Positions 35,515 through 46,598 of a stretch of DNA of 64,000 nt are shown in pieces. Source of the stretch: Mobula hypostoma (taxonomy: Eukaryota); the NCBI RefSeq assembly GCF_963921235.1, contig NC_086097.1, positions 54,562,001 to 54,626,000 on the forward strand, given 5' to 3'. The notes under the pieces are model-generated. The model was not told the DNA's origin. It ran no database searches and saw nothing but the letters and a program-made list of their open reading frames with translations. Positions within the stretch are counted from its first letter, which is position 1. Each line of letters starts with the position of its first letter. Both the position numbers and the translations under genes were made by a program.

Positions 35515-38492
35515 ACCGTATTTTTTCCTTGTTTGCAAAACTGCTCAAGTTATGTCAGATTGCATGGGGATCATGAGTGAACAGCCCTTTTCAAGTCCAG
35601 CCACAAATTTGCAATTGCAGTGAGGTCTGGACTCTGACTTGGCCATTCTAGGACATTAACTTTGTTGTTATTAAGCTATTCTTGTGTAGCTTTGGCTTTA
35701 TGCTTGAGGTCATTGACTTGCTGGAAGACATCTTCTCCCAGGTCACAGTTCTCTTGCAGACTGCATCAGGTTTTCCTCCAGAATTTCCTTGTATTTTGCA
35801 GCATTCATTTTACCCTCTACAAGCCTTCCAGGGCCTGCTGCAGTGAAGCATCCCCACAGCATGAAGCAGCCACCATGTACGGTGTTTGACTTACGCCAAG
35901 CATAGAGTTTAGTCTGATGGCCAAAAAGCTCAATTTTGGTTTCATCAGACCATAGAACCTTCTTCCAGCTGACCTCAGAGTATCCCACATGCCATCTGGC
36001 AAACTCTAGCCAAGATTTCATTTGAGTTTTTATCAACAGTGATTTTCGCTTTGCCACTCTCCCATGAAGCTGCAACTGGTGAAGCACCCAGGCAACAGTT
36101 GTTCTACGTGCAGTCTCTCCCATATCAGCCACTGAAGCTTGTAACTCCTTCAGAGTTGTCATGGGTCTCTTGGTGGCCTTCATCACTAGTCCCCTTCTTG
36201 CACGGTTGCTCAGTTTTTGAGGACAGCCTGCTCTAGGCAGATTTACAGCTGTGCCATATTCTTTCCATTTTAGATTATGAAGACACGTAGTCCTCTTTTA
36301 TTGTCATTTAGTAATGCATGCATTAAGAAATGATACATTATTTCCTCCGGTGTGATATCACAAAACACAAGACAGACCAAGACTAAAAAAACTGACAAAA
36401 CCACATAATTATAACATATAGTTACAAACAGTACAACAATACCATAACTTGATGATTGATTTAACTGTACTCCAAAGGATAGTTAGTAACTTGGAATTTT
36501 TCTTGAATCCATCTACTGACTTGTGTATTTCAATAACCCTTTCGTGGAGTTGCTTGGAGTGTTCTTTTGTCTTCATGGTGTAGTTTTTGTCAGGATGCTA
36601 ACTCACCAGCAGTTGGACCTTCCAGATACAGGTGTATTTTTACTACAATCAATTGAAGCACCTTGATTGCACATGGTTATCTCAATTTAACTCATTATGT
36701 GACTTCTAAAACCAATTGGCTGTACCAGTGATGATTTGGTGTGACATAGCAAACGGGGTGAATACTTATGCAATCAATTATTTTGTGTTTTATATTTGTA
36801 ATTAATTTAGATCACTTTGTAGAGATCTGTTCTCACTTTGACATGAAAGAATCTTTTATGTTGATCAATGTCAAAAAAAGTTAAATTAAATCCACTGTGA
36901 TTCAAAGTTGTAAAACAATAAAACATGAAAGCTTTTAAGATGAGTGAATAGGTTTTATTGGCACTGTAGCAAATCTCCTCAAACTGCTAATGAAATATTG
37001 CCACTGTCATGCCTTCTTTGTAGCTGCAAAGATATGTTGGAAACAGGATAGATCTTCAGAGATATTGACAGCTAGGAACTTGAAATTGCACACTCTTTGC
37101 ACTTCAGATTCCTGGATGAGAACTGATGTGTGTTCCCTTGTCTTACCCTTTCTGAAGTGTACAGTCAGTTCTTTGGTCTTACTGGCATTGAGTGCAAGGT
37201 TGTTGCTGCAGCACCACTCAACCAGCTGATCTATCTTGCTCCTGAACGCCTTCTCACCACCATCTGAAATTCAGACAACAATAGAATCATCAAATTTATA
37301 GATGGCATTTGAGCTGTGCCTAGCTGCACAGTAATGGGTGTAGAGAGAATAGAGCAGTGGGCTAAACGCACATTCCTGAGGTCCGACAGTGTTGATTGTC
37401 AGTGAGGTGGAGATGTTATTTCCAAACCACACAGATTGTGGTCTTCCTCTTAGGAAGTCAAGGATCGGGTTTCAGGGGGAAGTACAGAGGCCCAGATTCT
37501 GGAGCTCTTCAATCAGAGCTGTAGGAGTGATTGTGGTAAACACTGAGATATAGTCAATAAACAGCATCCTGACATGGGTATTTGAATTGTCCAGATGATC
37601 GAAGGCCATGTGAAGAGCCAATCAAGTTGCATTCTCCATAGACCTCTTGTGCTGATAGGCAAATTGCAGTGGGTCCAGGTCCTTGCTGAGACAGGAGTTA
37701 ATTCTAGCCAAAACCAACCTCTTGCTGTTTATTGATTATGACTCAGTGCTACTGGATGATAGTTGTTAAGACAGCACACCCTGCCCCTGCCAAAGGACTT
37801 AGGCCCGAATTGTCGACTGTACTTTTTTCCATATTTGCTGCCTGGCCTGCTGAGTTTGTCACCCTGCCCCTCTTGGGCACTGGTATAATTGTTGCCCTTT
37901 TGAAGCAGGTGGGAACTTCTGACTGTAGCGGTGAGAGCTTGAAAATGACTTTGAACACCCCTGCCAGTTGCTTGGCACAGGTTTTCAGAGCCCTTCCACG
38001 TGCTCCATCTGGGCCCATCACCTTGTTTGAGGGTCCATGCTCCTGAAAGATGGCCTAACATTGGCCTCTGAGACAGAAATCATTGGGTCACCGGGCGCTG
38101 CAGGGATCCTCACAGCTGTAGTTTTATTCTCCCTTTTAAAGTGTGCACTAAAGGCATTGAGCTCACCTGAGAGTGAAGCATCACTGCCATTCGTCATGTT
38201 AGGCTCACTTTGTAATGGCCTGTAAACCTTGCTAGAGTTGAGGTGCATCTGATTCAGACTTGTTCCTTTGTGCTTCAGCAAGTCATACCTGGTTTTCTTG
38301 TACAGACCAGACCTGAATGCCGCAGATCTAGCCCTTGGCAGACTATGAACCAAGCTGATCCAAGCAAATGGAATGTATTACATTATTTTCCTAACTCAAG
38401 GTTTACAATTGGAGGTGGGATGAAGCTTTGGAGAATCAGGAAGTGAATAGCAATCCTCTTCATCATGCTGCTCTTCCAGTATGTTTCTGATA

Positions 38493-39815
38493 AATCAGAA
38501 TCAGGTTTATTATCACTGGCATGTGTCATGAAATTTGTTAACTTAGCAGCTGCAGTTCAATGCAATACATAATCTAGAAGAAGAAAAATAATAAATAAAT
38601 AAATTACAGTATACGTATATTGAATAGATTAAAGATCATGCAAAAAACAAATAATATATATTTAAAAAGTGAGGTAGTGTTCACGGGTTCAATGTCCATT
38701 TAGGAATCAGATGGCAGAGGGGAAGAAGCCGTTCCTGAATTGCTGAGTGTGTGCCTTCAGGCTTCTGTACCTCCTACCTGATGGTAACAGTGAGAAAAGG
38801 GCATGCCCTGGGTTCTGGAGGACCTTAATAATGGATGCTGCCTTTCTGAGACACTGCTCCTTGAAGATGTCCTGGGTACTTTGTAGGCTAGTACCCAAGA
38901 TGGAGCCAACTAAATTTACAACCCTCGGCAGCTTCTTTCGGTCCTGTGCAGTAACCTCCCCCTGCCCCCCGCCCTCTCATTCCAGACAGTGATGCAGCCT
39001 GTCACAATGCTCTCCATGGTATATTTATAGATGTTTTTGAGTGTTTTTGTTGACAGACTCTTGAATGAAGCATAGTCACTGTCTTGCCTTCTTTATAACT
39101 GCATCGGTATGTTGGGACTAGGTTATGTCCTCAGAGATTTTGACACCCAGGAACTTGAAACTGATCATTCTCTCCACTTCTGATCCCTCTACGAGAATTG
39201 GTTTGTGTTCCTTCATCTTACTCTTCCTGAAGTCCACAATCAGCTCTTTCGTCTTACTGATGTTGAGTGCCAGGTTGTTGCTGCGACACCACTCCACTAG
39301 TTGGCATATCTCACTCCTGTACACTCTCTCGTCTCCATCTGAAATTCTACCAATAATGGTGGTATAATCTGTAAATTTATGGATGGTATTTGAGCTATGC
39401 CTAGCCACACAGTCATGTGTATATAGAGAATAGAGCAGTGGGCTAAGCACACACCCCTGAGGAGCGCCACTGTTGATCGCCAGGAGATGTTATCACCAAT
39501 CCACACAGATTGTGGCATTCTAGTTAGGAAGTCAAGGATCCAATTGCAGAGGGAGGTACAGAGGCCCAGGTTCTGCAACTTCTCAATCAGGATTGTGGAA
39601 ATGATGGGGTTAAATGCTGAGCTATAGCCAATGAATGGCATCCTGACATAGGTGTTTGTATTGTCTAGGTGGTCTAAGGCCATGTGAAGAGCCATTGAGA
39701 TTGCATTTGCTGTTGACCTATTGTGGTGATAGGCAAATTGCAATGGGTCCAGGTCCTTGCTGAGGCAGGAGTTCATTCTAGTCATGACCAACCTCTCAAA
39801 GCATTTCATCAGTGT
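38493..39815 (-). mobile_element. Rex1/Babar RT 3' portion
   Basis: MKCFERLV...[23 protein letters not shown] and EWCRSNNLALNISKTKEL; (CTGATT)n tail. Confidence 0.93.
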
Positions 39816-40157
39816 AGTTGAAATGGTGCACTTAGGTAAAATTTTGGAGATTTGGCAATGGTAAAGTTTTCAAGTATTAATAAAGAGGTGGCTAGACTGG
39901 AAATGGTGTTGCTTTGTACTTGCATGGTGGAAAATTATGTGTCATACATAACTGAGTTGTTTTGGAGCTTGCCAGAGGCAGTGCAATGACTTGAACACTA
40001 TTCAGTCATCAGTAATATCCCAACATCTGACTTCCTGATATAGTGTAGTACATCAGTAAAATACTTAAGTATTACGCCTGGGATGCAACCATATTTTATT
40101 GGAGTTTTCCTGGGATTCCCATTAAGTTCAGTTTTGTTAGGAGTTAAGGCCTTATCC

Positions 40158-41010
40158 CAGGGGTCAGCAACCTTTTCGTCGCTGTGGGCCAGATTGCGTA
40201 TTAATGAGCGGACGGTGGGCCAGATAGATGCCATAGAAAACTTGAAATGTGGGAATTATCCATTTAAATACATCTAGTTATGTTTTGCCTCAAATTAATG
40301 AATAACGCATGCTAGAAAATCATTTGTGCTTAACCAAGGATGCCAATTAGTAATCAAAGAACTCAGTTTAGTTGCAATTTATTTCAATCAAGGCATCTTT
40401 TGAATCTATTAAAAGGACACAGAGAATCTTTAAACATAAAACCTATGAACATGATGCATTGAATGGTGGTAAATTAAGTATAATAAAAAAGAAAATTTTA
40501 AAGCAGTCAATCAATGTGAAACTTGATGCTGTTTGTTGCTTGAAAGCGTCTCAATATTGGGTGCCCGACTTGTTGATGCCAAGAGCAAGACATTATCCAG
40601 ATGGGCATCAGTCAATCTTGTTCTCAAATGCTTCTTGGTGTGCTTCATTTTTGAAAATAATTGCTCACACAGATAAGTGCTGCCAAACAATGATGCCATC
40701 ACATGTAAATATCTGGATATTTAGTGTGGATTTTTCGTTAAAACACAGTGATGCTGTTTCTGTTTACAAATTTGAACGATCCCATCTGAAAACCTGTGCG
40801 TGCACGGACAGTATCTAATACATATTAATAAGGTAGTCTGCCTTCCCGTCATTCGTATATACCAGTGTTTGGTTTGGAACAAAACAGAACCTGGGGCCAG
40901 TGTAACAAGATGTCATGCATGTCCATCAGTTGGTCATGTGAAACACTCAGAATAAGGAAAAATTGCTCACGGGCCGGTCAAAATACCTTCACGGGCTGTA
41001 GGTGGCCCTG
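40158..41010 (-). mobile_element. Internally deleted hAT (Charlie/Buster/SPIN-like) transposon
   Basis: CAGGG...CCCTG ends; perfect 8-bp TSD CCTTATCC at 40150-40157 and 41011-41018; ORF 40511..40702 SLFGSTYLCEQLFSKMK..RTRLTDAHL is the hAT C-terminal dimerisation region. Confidence 0.93.
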
Positions 41011-41094
41011 CCTTATCCAGTCAAATACAGCCTCACTGACATTCAACTGATTGTCTAAGTAATTTTTCCTTGTGATCATACACCCTGTTGGACA

Positions 41095-41520
41095 TTGGTA
41101 ATATGGAATACTGCAAGTCCTGTTCACTTGATACCAACAACGGGGCAGCTGCATGGCCTTGGTTGTAGCATGGACTCGTCCTCAAGCCGCAGTGTTTCCT
41201 GTTGCTGCTGCCCAGGAGAGGTGACACTGGAGGCAGTGTGCACGGCATCCAGCCTGGCATCAGTGTTTCCCTCCAGTGTTTATTTGGTGGAAAACAAGCT
41301 GGATTATGTTCGTCTGCAGATCGCTGCAGGCTTGTTCTTGCCGACAACATCCAAGGACTCGGACTTGGACTGTATGTATTTTTATTGTGTGACTATGTTT
41401 ACTGCATTCTTATATGTGTTATACTTGCCTTGTGCTGTGTGTGACTGTGGCCCTGGAGTAACACTGTTTCGTTTGGCTGTGTTCACATATGGCTGAGTGA
41501 CAATTAAACCTGAACTTGAG
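41095..41520 (+). mobile_element. Short non-autonomous Rex1-related element
   Basis: ENKLDYVRL-like ORF-start remnant joined to a GT-rich tail ending ATTAAACCTGAACTTGA. Confidence 0.5.
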
Positions 41521-42956
41521 GTAGCTTTATGGCTTTGTACAAGTAGGCAAAGAAGATGTCTAGAGCATGGGAATTCTCATGAGGTCAAAACTAAACAAAA
41601 TTTATTGGTGAATATTTGATATATGAAAAAGCCTTCATAATTTTATGAATAATTGAGATTGGGATTGGGTGGTGGTTATTTGCCAGATTGGGTTGGCTTT
41701 CGCGGACTCAGCAATTCTCTTCATTGTCAGTACTACGTTAAAATTCCTTGGGTGGAAGAACATGGTGAATGTGTGTTGACAGAACAGATGTGATGTTCTT
41801 GATTTTCTGAAAGTCTAGATGCAAAGTTTCTTCACTAGGTGAATTCATAGGACTGATTAGAGTCAACCAACTGACTGTGGAACTTGTATAAGTGCTTTGC
41901 TGTGTTAGGGAAGAATTGCACCTGTACTTTCATATTAAAAAATCATTAATAAACAAGATGGATTTCAACCTTTATTCATTCATAGCTTTTTAATTCTAGA
42001 TTTAATTACTTAACCGTTTATACTTGATTAATTTCAGGTGGTTGAATTTGAGCATGTGTGGATCATTAGTCCAAACTTCTGAATTATTTGTCCTGTTAAA
42101 TACACTTTATGTATAAGGTATATGAAGCTTTAATTTTGTGCCTAAAGGTATTGATCTCTAAATGTGTATTACTGGTGTACGGTAAATAATGCAACAAAGA
42201 AATACAGTTAGGACACTACCTCCCAGGTGCCAAGGTCAAGGATGTATCAGATCTGTCCACAGCATTCTAAAGGGGGGGGGGACAACAGCCAGAAGTCATG
42301 GTACATATTGGTACCAATGACATAGGTAGGGACAAAGATAAGGTCTTGAAAGAATGGAGAGAACCAGGTAGGAAACTGAAAGGCAGGACCTTACAGGTAG
42401 TACTCACTGGATTGCTGCTTGTAACATGCACCCGTGAGGGTCAGAATATCTGGATCTGGTGTAGCTGAGGAACTGGGGCAGGGGCAGGATTTTAGGTCTG
42501 TGGGTCATTGGATCCCTTCTTGGAAAGGAATGACCTGTACAAAAAGTATGGGTTACACATGAACTTGAGGGCTCCAATATCTTCACTGGCAGGTTTGCTC
42601 GAGCTGTTAGGGAGAGTTTAAACTAGTTTTGCAGGGGGATGGGAAGATGACTGACAGCTCAAAGGATGGGGCAGTTGGTGTACGGGTAGGGGCAGCCTAT
42701 AGACAGACATTTTATAGGGCAAAATTACAGTTAGTTGGATAGGTTGAAATTTGTCTATTTTAGTGCAAGAAGTATCAGGAAAGAGGGTGATGATCTTAGA
42801 GCATGTGTCAGTACCTGCAACTATGATGTTGTAGCCATTACAGAAACTTGGCTGTCACAAGTGCAGGAATGGCTGCAGGCTCTTCCGGGTTTAGATATTT
42901 TAAAAGGGACAGATAGGGAGGTAAAAGAGGTGGGGGAGTAGCATTGCTTATCAGGG

Positions 42957-43955
42957 ATGTCTGACAAGAAGCTCAGAAACCTCTGCCTTGACCCTGCCTT
43001 GTGCAGCTGGATCCTGGACTTCCTGTCAGATCGCCAACAGGTTGTAAGAGTGGGCTCCCTCACCTCCAACCCTCTGACTCTCAATACAGGAGCCCCTCAG
43101 GGCTGCGTACTGAGTCCCTTCCTTTACTCCCTGTATACCCATCCACAACTCCAATCTGCTCATTAAATTTGTCGACACTACATTGATTGGCCTTATCTCA
43201 AACTATAACAAGGTGGCCTACAGGGAAGGAGACATCTCTTTCCCTCAATGTCACAAAAACAAAGAAGCTGGTTATGGACTACAGGAGGAATGGAGATGGG
43301 CTAACCCCTATTGACATCAATGGATCTGGGGTTCAGAGGGTAAACAGCTTCAAGTTCCTCGGCATCCACATCACTGAGGACCTCATGTGGTCTGTACATA
43401 CCGACTGTGTAGTGAAAAAGGCACAACGGTCTTCCACCTCAGACGTTGAGGAAGTTTGGTATGGGCCCCCAGATCCTAAGAACTTTCTACAGGGGCACAA
43501 TTGAGAGCATCCTGACTAGCTGCATCACTGTCTGGTATGGGAACTGTACCTCCCTTAATTGCAGGGTTCTGCAGAGAGTGGTGTGGACAGCCCAGCACAT
43601 CTGTAGTTGTGAACTTCCCATGATTCAGGACATTTACAAGGACAGGTGTGTAAAAAGGGCCCATAGGATCATTGGGGACCCAAGTCATCCCAACCACAAT
43701 CTATTCCAGCTGCTACCATCCGGGAAACAGTACCGCAGCATAAAAACCAGGACCATCAGGCTCCAGGACAGCTTCTTCCACCAGGCTATCAGACTGATGA
43801 ACTCATGCTGATTTGAGTGTACTCTATATTACATTGACTGTTCTATTTATTATAAATTATTATGATTGCACATTGCACATTTAGATAGGACGTAACGCAA
43901 AGATTTTTACTCATGTATGTGAAGTTGTAAGAGATGAAGTCAATTCAATTCAATT
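42957..43955 (+). mobile_element. Rex1/Babar 3' fragment nested in CR1
   Basis: [27 protein letters not shown] and RLQDSFFHQAIRLMN; (CAATT)n tail. Confidence 0.92.
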
Positions 43956-44282
43956 TGCAGCAGTTTATCACAGCTGCAGAAAGGCTTTGGAGACATTGTG
44001 GGTGGATGTCAGATACACGAAGGGAGTATTCGATAGATATTGCTCCCTCCCCCAATAGCAACTGAGAGAATGAAGAGGAGATTGATCGGCAGATTTTGTA
44101 AAAGTGCAAAAAAAACAATGTTATTGTTATGGATGACTTCAACTTCCTTAATATTGATTGACATCTCTTTAGTGCAAAAGGTTTAGATGGGGCAGAATTT
44201 ATTAGGTGTGTTCTGGAAAGATACCTGACACAATATTTAGACAGGTTGACTAAAGCAGAGACCATACTGTATCTGGTGCTAG

Positions 44283-45020
44283 ACATAGAAACATAGAAAA
44301 CCTACAGCACAATACAGGTCCTTCGGCCCACAAAGTTTGCCAAACATGTCTCTACCTTAGAAATTACTAGGGTTACCCATAGCCCTCTATTTTTCTAGGC
44401 TCCATGTACCTATCCAAAAGTCTCTTAAAAGACCCTATCGTATCCACCTCCACCACTGTTGCCGGCAGCCCATTCCACGCACTCACCGCTCTCTGCCTAA
44501 AAAACTTACCCCGACATCTCCTCTGTATCTACTCCCCAGCACCTTAAACCTGTGTCCTCTTGTGGCAACCATTTCAGCCCCGGGAAAAAGCCTCTAACTA
44601 CCCACACGATCAATGCCTCTCATCATCTTATACACCTCTATCAGGTCACCTCTCATCCTCCGACACTCCAAGAAGAAAAGGCTGAGTTCACTCAACCTGT
44701 TTTCATAAGGCATGCTCCCCAATCCAGGCAACATCCTTGTAAATCTCCTCTGCACTCTCTCTATAGTTTCCACATCCTTCCTGTAGTGAGGCGACCAGAA
44801 CTGAGCACAGTCCTCCAAGTGGGGTCTGACCAGGGCTGCAACATTACCTCTCGGCTCCTAAATTCAATTCCATGATTGATGAAGGCCAATACACTGTATG
44901 CCTTCTTACCCACAAAGTCAACCTGCGCAGCTGCTTTGAGTGTCCTATGGACTCGGACCCCAAGATCCCTCCGATCCTCCACACTGCCAAGAGTCTTACC
45001 ATTAATACTATATTCTGCCA
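44283..45020 (-). mobile_element. 5'-truncated CR1 nested in the older CR1
   Basis: QFWSPHYRKDVETIERVQRRFTRMLPGL; (CTATGTTT)n tail. Confidence 0.92.
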
Positions 45021-46598
45021 GTGAAATCTAGACAGTGAAGATGTCAGATTACTCAGTAGGTGAACATTTAGAAGACAGTGACCACAGCTCCCTGAGTTTT
45101 ACCTTGGCTTTGGAGAGCGATAGGAGTAGATGGTATGTGAAAGTATTTAACTGGGGGAGGGGAAATTAGAATGTTATTAGGTAGGAACTTAGGAGTGTAA
45201 ATTGGGAATAGATGTATTCAAGGAAATGCACAATGGAAATGGGAGCACTTGCGTAATTCTCTGTATAGGTTTGTCCATGGGGCAGGGAAAGGATGGTAGG
45301 GTGAAGGATCATGGTTGACAAGACATGTGGACTATCTAGTCAAGAGGTAGAAAGAAGCTTAAACAATGTTCAGGCAGGTTCTAGAGAGTTGCAATGTAGC
45401 CAGGAAAGAATTTAAGGATGGACTTAGGAAAGTTTGAAGGAGGGCCTGACAAGGCCTTGGCTGGTAGGATTAAGGAAAACCCCAAGAGTGAGGAAATGAC
45501 TGATCAGGGATAAAAGAGGAAACATGCCTAGAGTCAGAGGAAGGAGGAGAGGTCCTTAATGAATCCATGCTAGGCTCATTGAAAAAATCAGGCATGGGGT
45601 TCAGGGAAGCTTTGTTGTATGGCTTTAGAATTGGCTTGCACATGGAAGGCAGCAGTTGGTTGTAGACTGAAATACATTCTGCCTGGAGATTGGGGATCAG
45701 TGGTATTCTGTAGGGATCTATTGTGGGATCTGTGCTCTTTGTGATATTTTTAATGACTTGGATGAGGAAGTGGAAGCATGGGTTAGTAAGTTTGTCAGTG
45801 ACATAAAGGCTAGTGATGTTGTGGATAGCGTAGCAGGTTGCCGAGGTTTACAACAGGACATTGATAAGATGCAGAGCTAGGCTGAGAAGTTGCAGACGGA
45901 ATTCAACCTGGAAAAGCGTGAAGTACTTCACTTGGGAAGGTTGAATTTGAAGGCAGAGTACAGGGCTATTGGTGGGATTGTCAGCACTGTAAATGAACAG
46001 AGGAATTCAGCGCCCATGTCATTAGATCTCTCAAAGTTACAATGCAAGTCGATAGGGTTGTTAAGAAGGCGTAGAATGTGCTGGCCCTCATTAGTTGGGG
46101 GATTGAGTTCAAGAGTTGTGAGGTAATGTTGCAGCTCCATAAAACCCTGATTAGACTACACTTGGAATATTGCGTTCGGTTCTAATCATCACGTTATAAG
46201 GATGTGGAAGCTTTAGAGAGGGTACACAGAAGATTTACCAAGATGTTGCCTGCCTTGGATAGCATTGTCTTCTGAGGACAGGTTGAGCGAGCTTGGGGTT
46301 TTCTCTTTGGAGCGAAGGAAGATGAGAGGTGACTTGATAGATGTGTAAAGATAATAAGAGATATTCATCAAATGGACAGCAAGAGACTTTTTGCTAGGAT
46401 GGAAATGGCTAATAATAGGGGCATAATTTTAAGGTAGGATTTTTATACAGCATGATGGATGCGTGGAACATGCTGCTGGAGATGTTGGTAGAGGCAGAGT
46501 GGAGGGCTATGTAGGAAGGAAGGGTTAGATTGATCTTAGAGCAGGTTGGCACAACATCATGGGCTGTAGGATGCATTGTTCTAGAAATCAAGTCAGCC

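Larger units (their letters stand above)
34211..36966 (-). mobile_element. Tc1/mariner IR/DR transposon, same family as 12191, with a nested Penelope element and LINE tail
   Basis: TA|CAGTGC...GCACTG|TA; ORF 35743..36186 WKKVLWSDETKIELFG...HGGCFMLWGCF; ATG at 36576. A ~180-bp LINE-tail insertion lies at ~36272-36450. Confidence 0.94.
33735..38340 (-). mobile_element. Rex1/Babar element split by a Tc1 insertion (pieces ~33735-34208 and 36969-38340)
   Basis: Peptides GPDG..GRALKTCAKQLAGVF..IF.LS and VPTCFKRATIIPVPK; the sequence rejoins across the Tc1 TA site (GACATA|GCAAATCTCCTC). Confidence 0.85.
42210..46580 (+). mobile_element. Old CR1 spanning ORF1 esterase to 3' end, interrupted by Rex1 and CR1 insertions
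   Basis: LPGAKVKDV...PEVMVHIGTNDIGR (SGNH esterase-like ORF1), YFSARSIR..NYDVVAITETWL (endonuclease), then decayed RT C-terminus. Confidence 0.85.

Noticed and set aside
40511..40702. GTF2IRD2/ZBED-like domesticated host gene
   Set aside because: It is a short fragment within a TSD-flanked, internally deleted hAT element.
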